DNA from: Eledone cirrhosa
Taxonomy: Eukaryota
Length of the DNA stretch: 64,000 nucleotides
Direction: 5' to 3'
Assembly (NCBI GenBank): GCA_964016885.1
Contig: OZ024746.1
Span: 98,704,001 to 98,768,000 of the forward strand
In this document: positions 62,510 to 64,000 of the stretch, piece after piece
Layout: each line of letters starts with the position of its first letter
How positions within the stretch are numbered: the first letter of the stretch is position 1
Position numbers and translations under genes: made by a program
The notes under the pieces: generated by a model
Seen by the model: only the letters and a program-made list of their open reading frames with translations
Database searches by the model: none
Told to the model about the DNA's origin: nothing

Positions 62510-64000
62510 CTTCCCTTTAGCATTTAGACAGGCCGTATCTGGCCAGAATTCTCTCACCTCTTTCTGTTCAAACTGGCCATAACTGGCTACTCATATTTAT
62601 GTTACGGTATTGATCTAAGAATAACATCAAAATCTGATAGATTTGATATTTATGTGAGATAAAGTTTTTACTGTGAAAACACAATAGTATATATAGAGTA
62701 ATACAAATGCTAAAGGGGTCTTGTTCCACATAACTGCATCACCTAATGTAAGGGAGAACACTCTAATCCATTCTACCTGAGTTTCTAACTACACGTGGTT
62801 TGTAGCATTTGCTAATTGTGCTGAAGGTGTTTTTTGTGTGAGAAATTGTTCAAACAATTTAAGGTGGTTAAAGTGATCAGTTGGAGACAGTTGCTTCTGA
62901 CAGGACCCACTGGAATAAGGAAGAAGAGTGGTGACCAATTAAGATAAGAATTTAACACTGTACACAAATCTATTGGAGAGAAACAACAAAGATTGATTAA
63001 ATACTGAAATAAAGATTACATTTAATTAACCTTTAGAACGCTAGAAATTTATAGAAGTGTTTGAGGACTCTGTCCCCACGACCCTCTCAGGAATATGTGG
63101 GTGAAGAAGAAAGAGATAGAGGGCAGTGATGAAAAAAGCTAGAGCCATGCTAAGTCTCCAAGAACAGTTACAAGTGTTGGATCATTTGAAAGCCATGTCA
63201 ATGGTCAATGTAGTATGGAAATGTGCCTAATGCCCCAGCATGGCCTCAGCTGGGTGGCTGGAATAGGTAAGAGTACCCATGCAATAAAACAAAAAACGAA
63301 ATTTCACTTGCTGGGGTGTCTCAGGTTTGTGATAAATTGCTTGTCAGGACCCAGAAAGTATCAACATTAGAGGAGGATGAGTAGAGTTATAAAAAAAAAA
63401 AAAAGGGGGTTAACTATAAGAGAGAGTTTCATAGCTTTAATAAAGTATCAGGGTCCGATAGAGAAGTAGCACCAGAGTTCTTAAAACACCTGAAAAAGCA
63501 ATCAATATGAAATGGGCTTTATCTGAAAAAATATGGTGAATCGTAACTACATTGATAAGAGTTCCAATCAGGATCATTCTATGCTGGTATTATATGGTAA
63601 CTGACAGGTCATATGATCAACCCATACCTAGCGTAAAGGGCTAAAAATCTATATATCCTTAAAAACAAAAAATATGCTGCCTGCTTTCAGGCAGCACAGG
63701 TGGGTAGGTCATCTCTATATTATCACACCTCTAGTTATTCAACCCTTCCTAACAGGTAAAGCAGACATTAAATAGTGGCTTCTGATTTAAACATATGGGC
63801 AACAGTATTTGGGGAAAGTCGATTAAATCAACCCCAGTTCATTACTGGTACTTTATTTTATCGACCACATAAGCATAACTGGCAAAGTTAACCTCATTAA
63901 ATAATTGTTTCTACTTTTGGCACAAGGCCAGCAAATACCCAGTACATTACTGGTACTTTATTTTATCGACCCCGTAAGCATGAAAGGCAAAGTTAACCTC

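Overview
This is AT-rich, repeat-dense eukaryotic DNA; the SINE and LINE families look like those of octopod cephalopods (inference from recognised repeat motifs, not a database result). I find one host gene: an intron-rich + strand PLEKHF2/Phafin2 (PH + FYVE + acidic tail) orthologue. Eight coding exons (19927-59307) join in frame with canonical GT-AG junctions. The short first coding exon (expected MVDRL-like) was not found and may lie upstream. The rest is mostly a nested mosaic of mobile elements: a 3.5 kb antisense CR1-type LINE with two frameshifts, many RTE and CRE-clade LINE fragments, two abundant tRNA-derived SINE families, several TTAA-flanked (piggyBac-like) MITE families, TcMar, hAT, Chapaev3-like and Helitron elements, and large mini/microsatellites. 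Almost all ORFs in the supplied track are artefacts of these repeats. I see no convincing new protein-coding system. The best leads are TTAA MITEs ending at the branch-point zone of three exons, a possible alternative Phafin2 C-terminus, a decayed hammerhead-like motif next to the CR1 3' end, a SINE/RTE shared tail, and a twin-priming-like RTE inversion.
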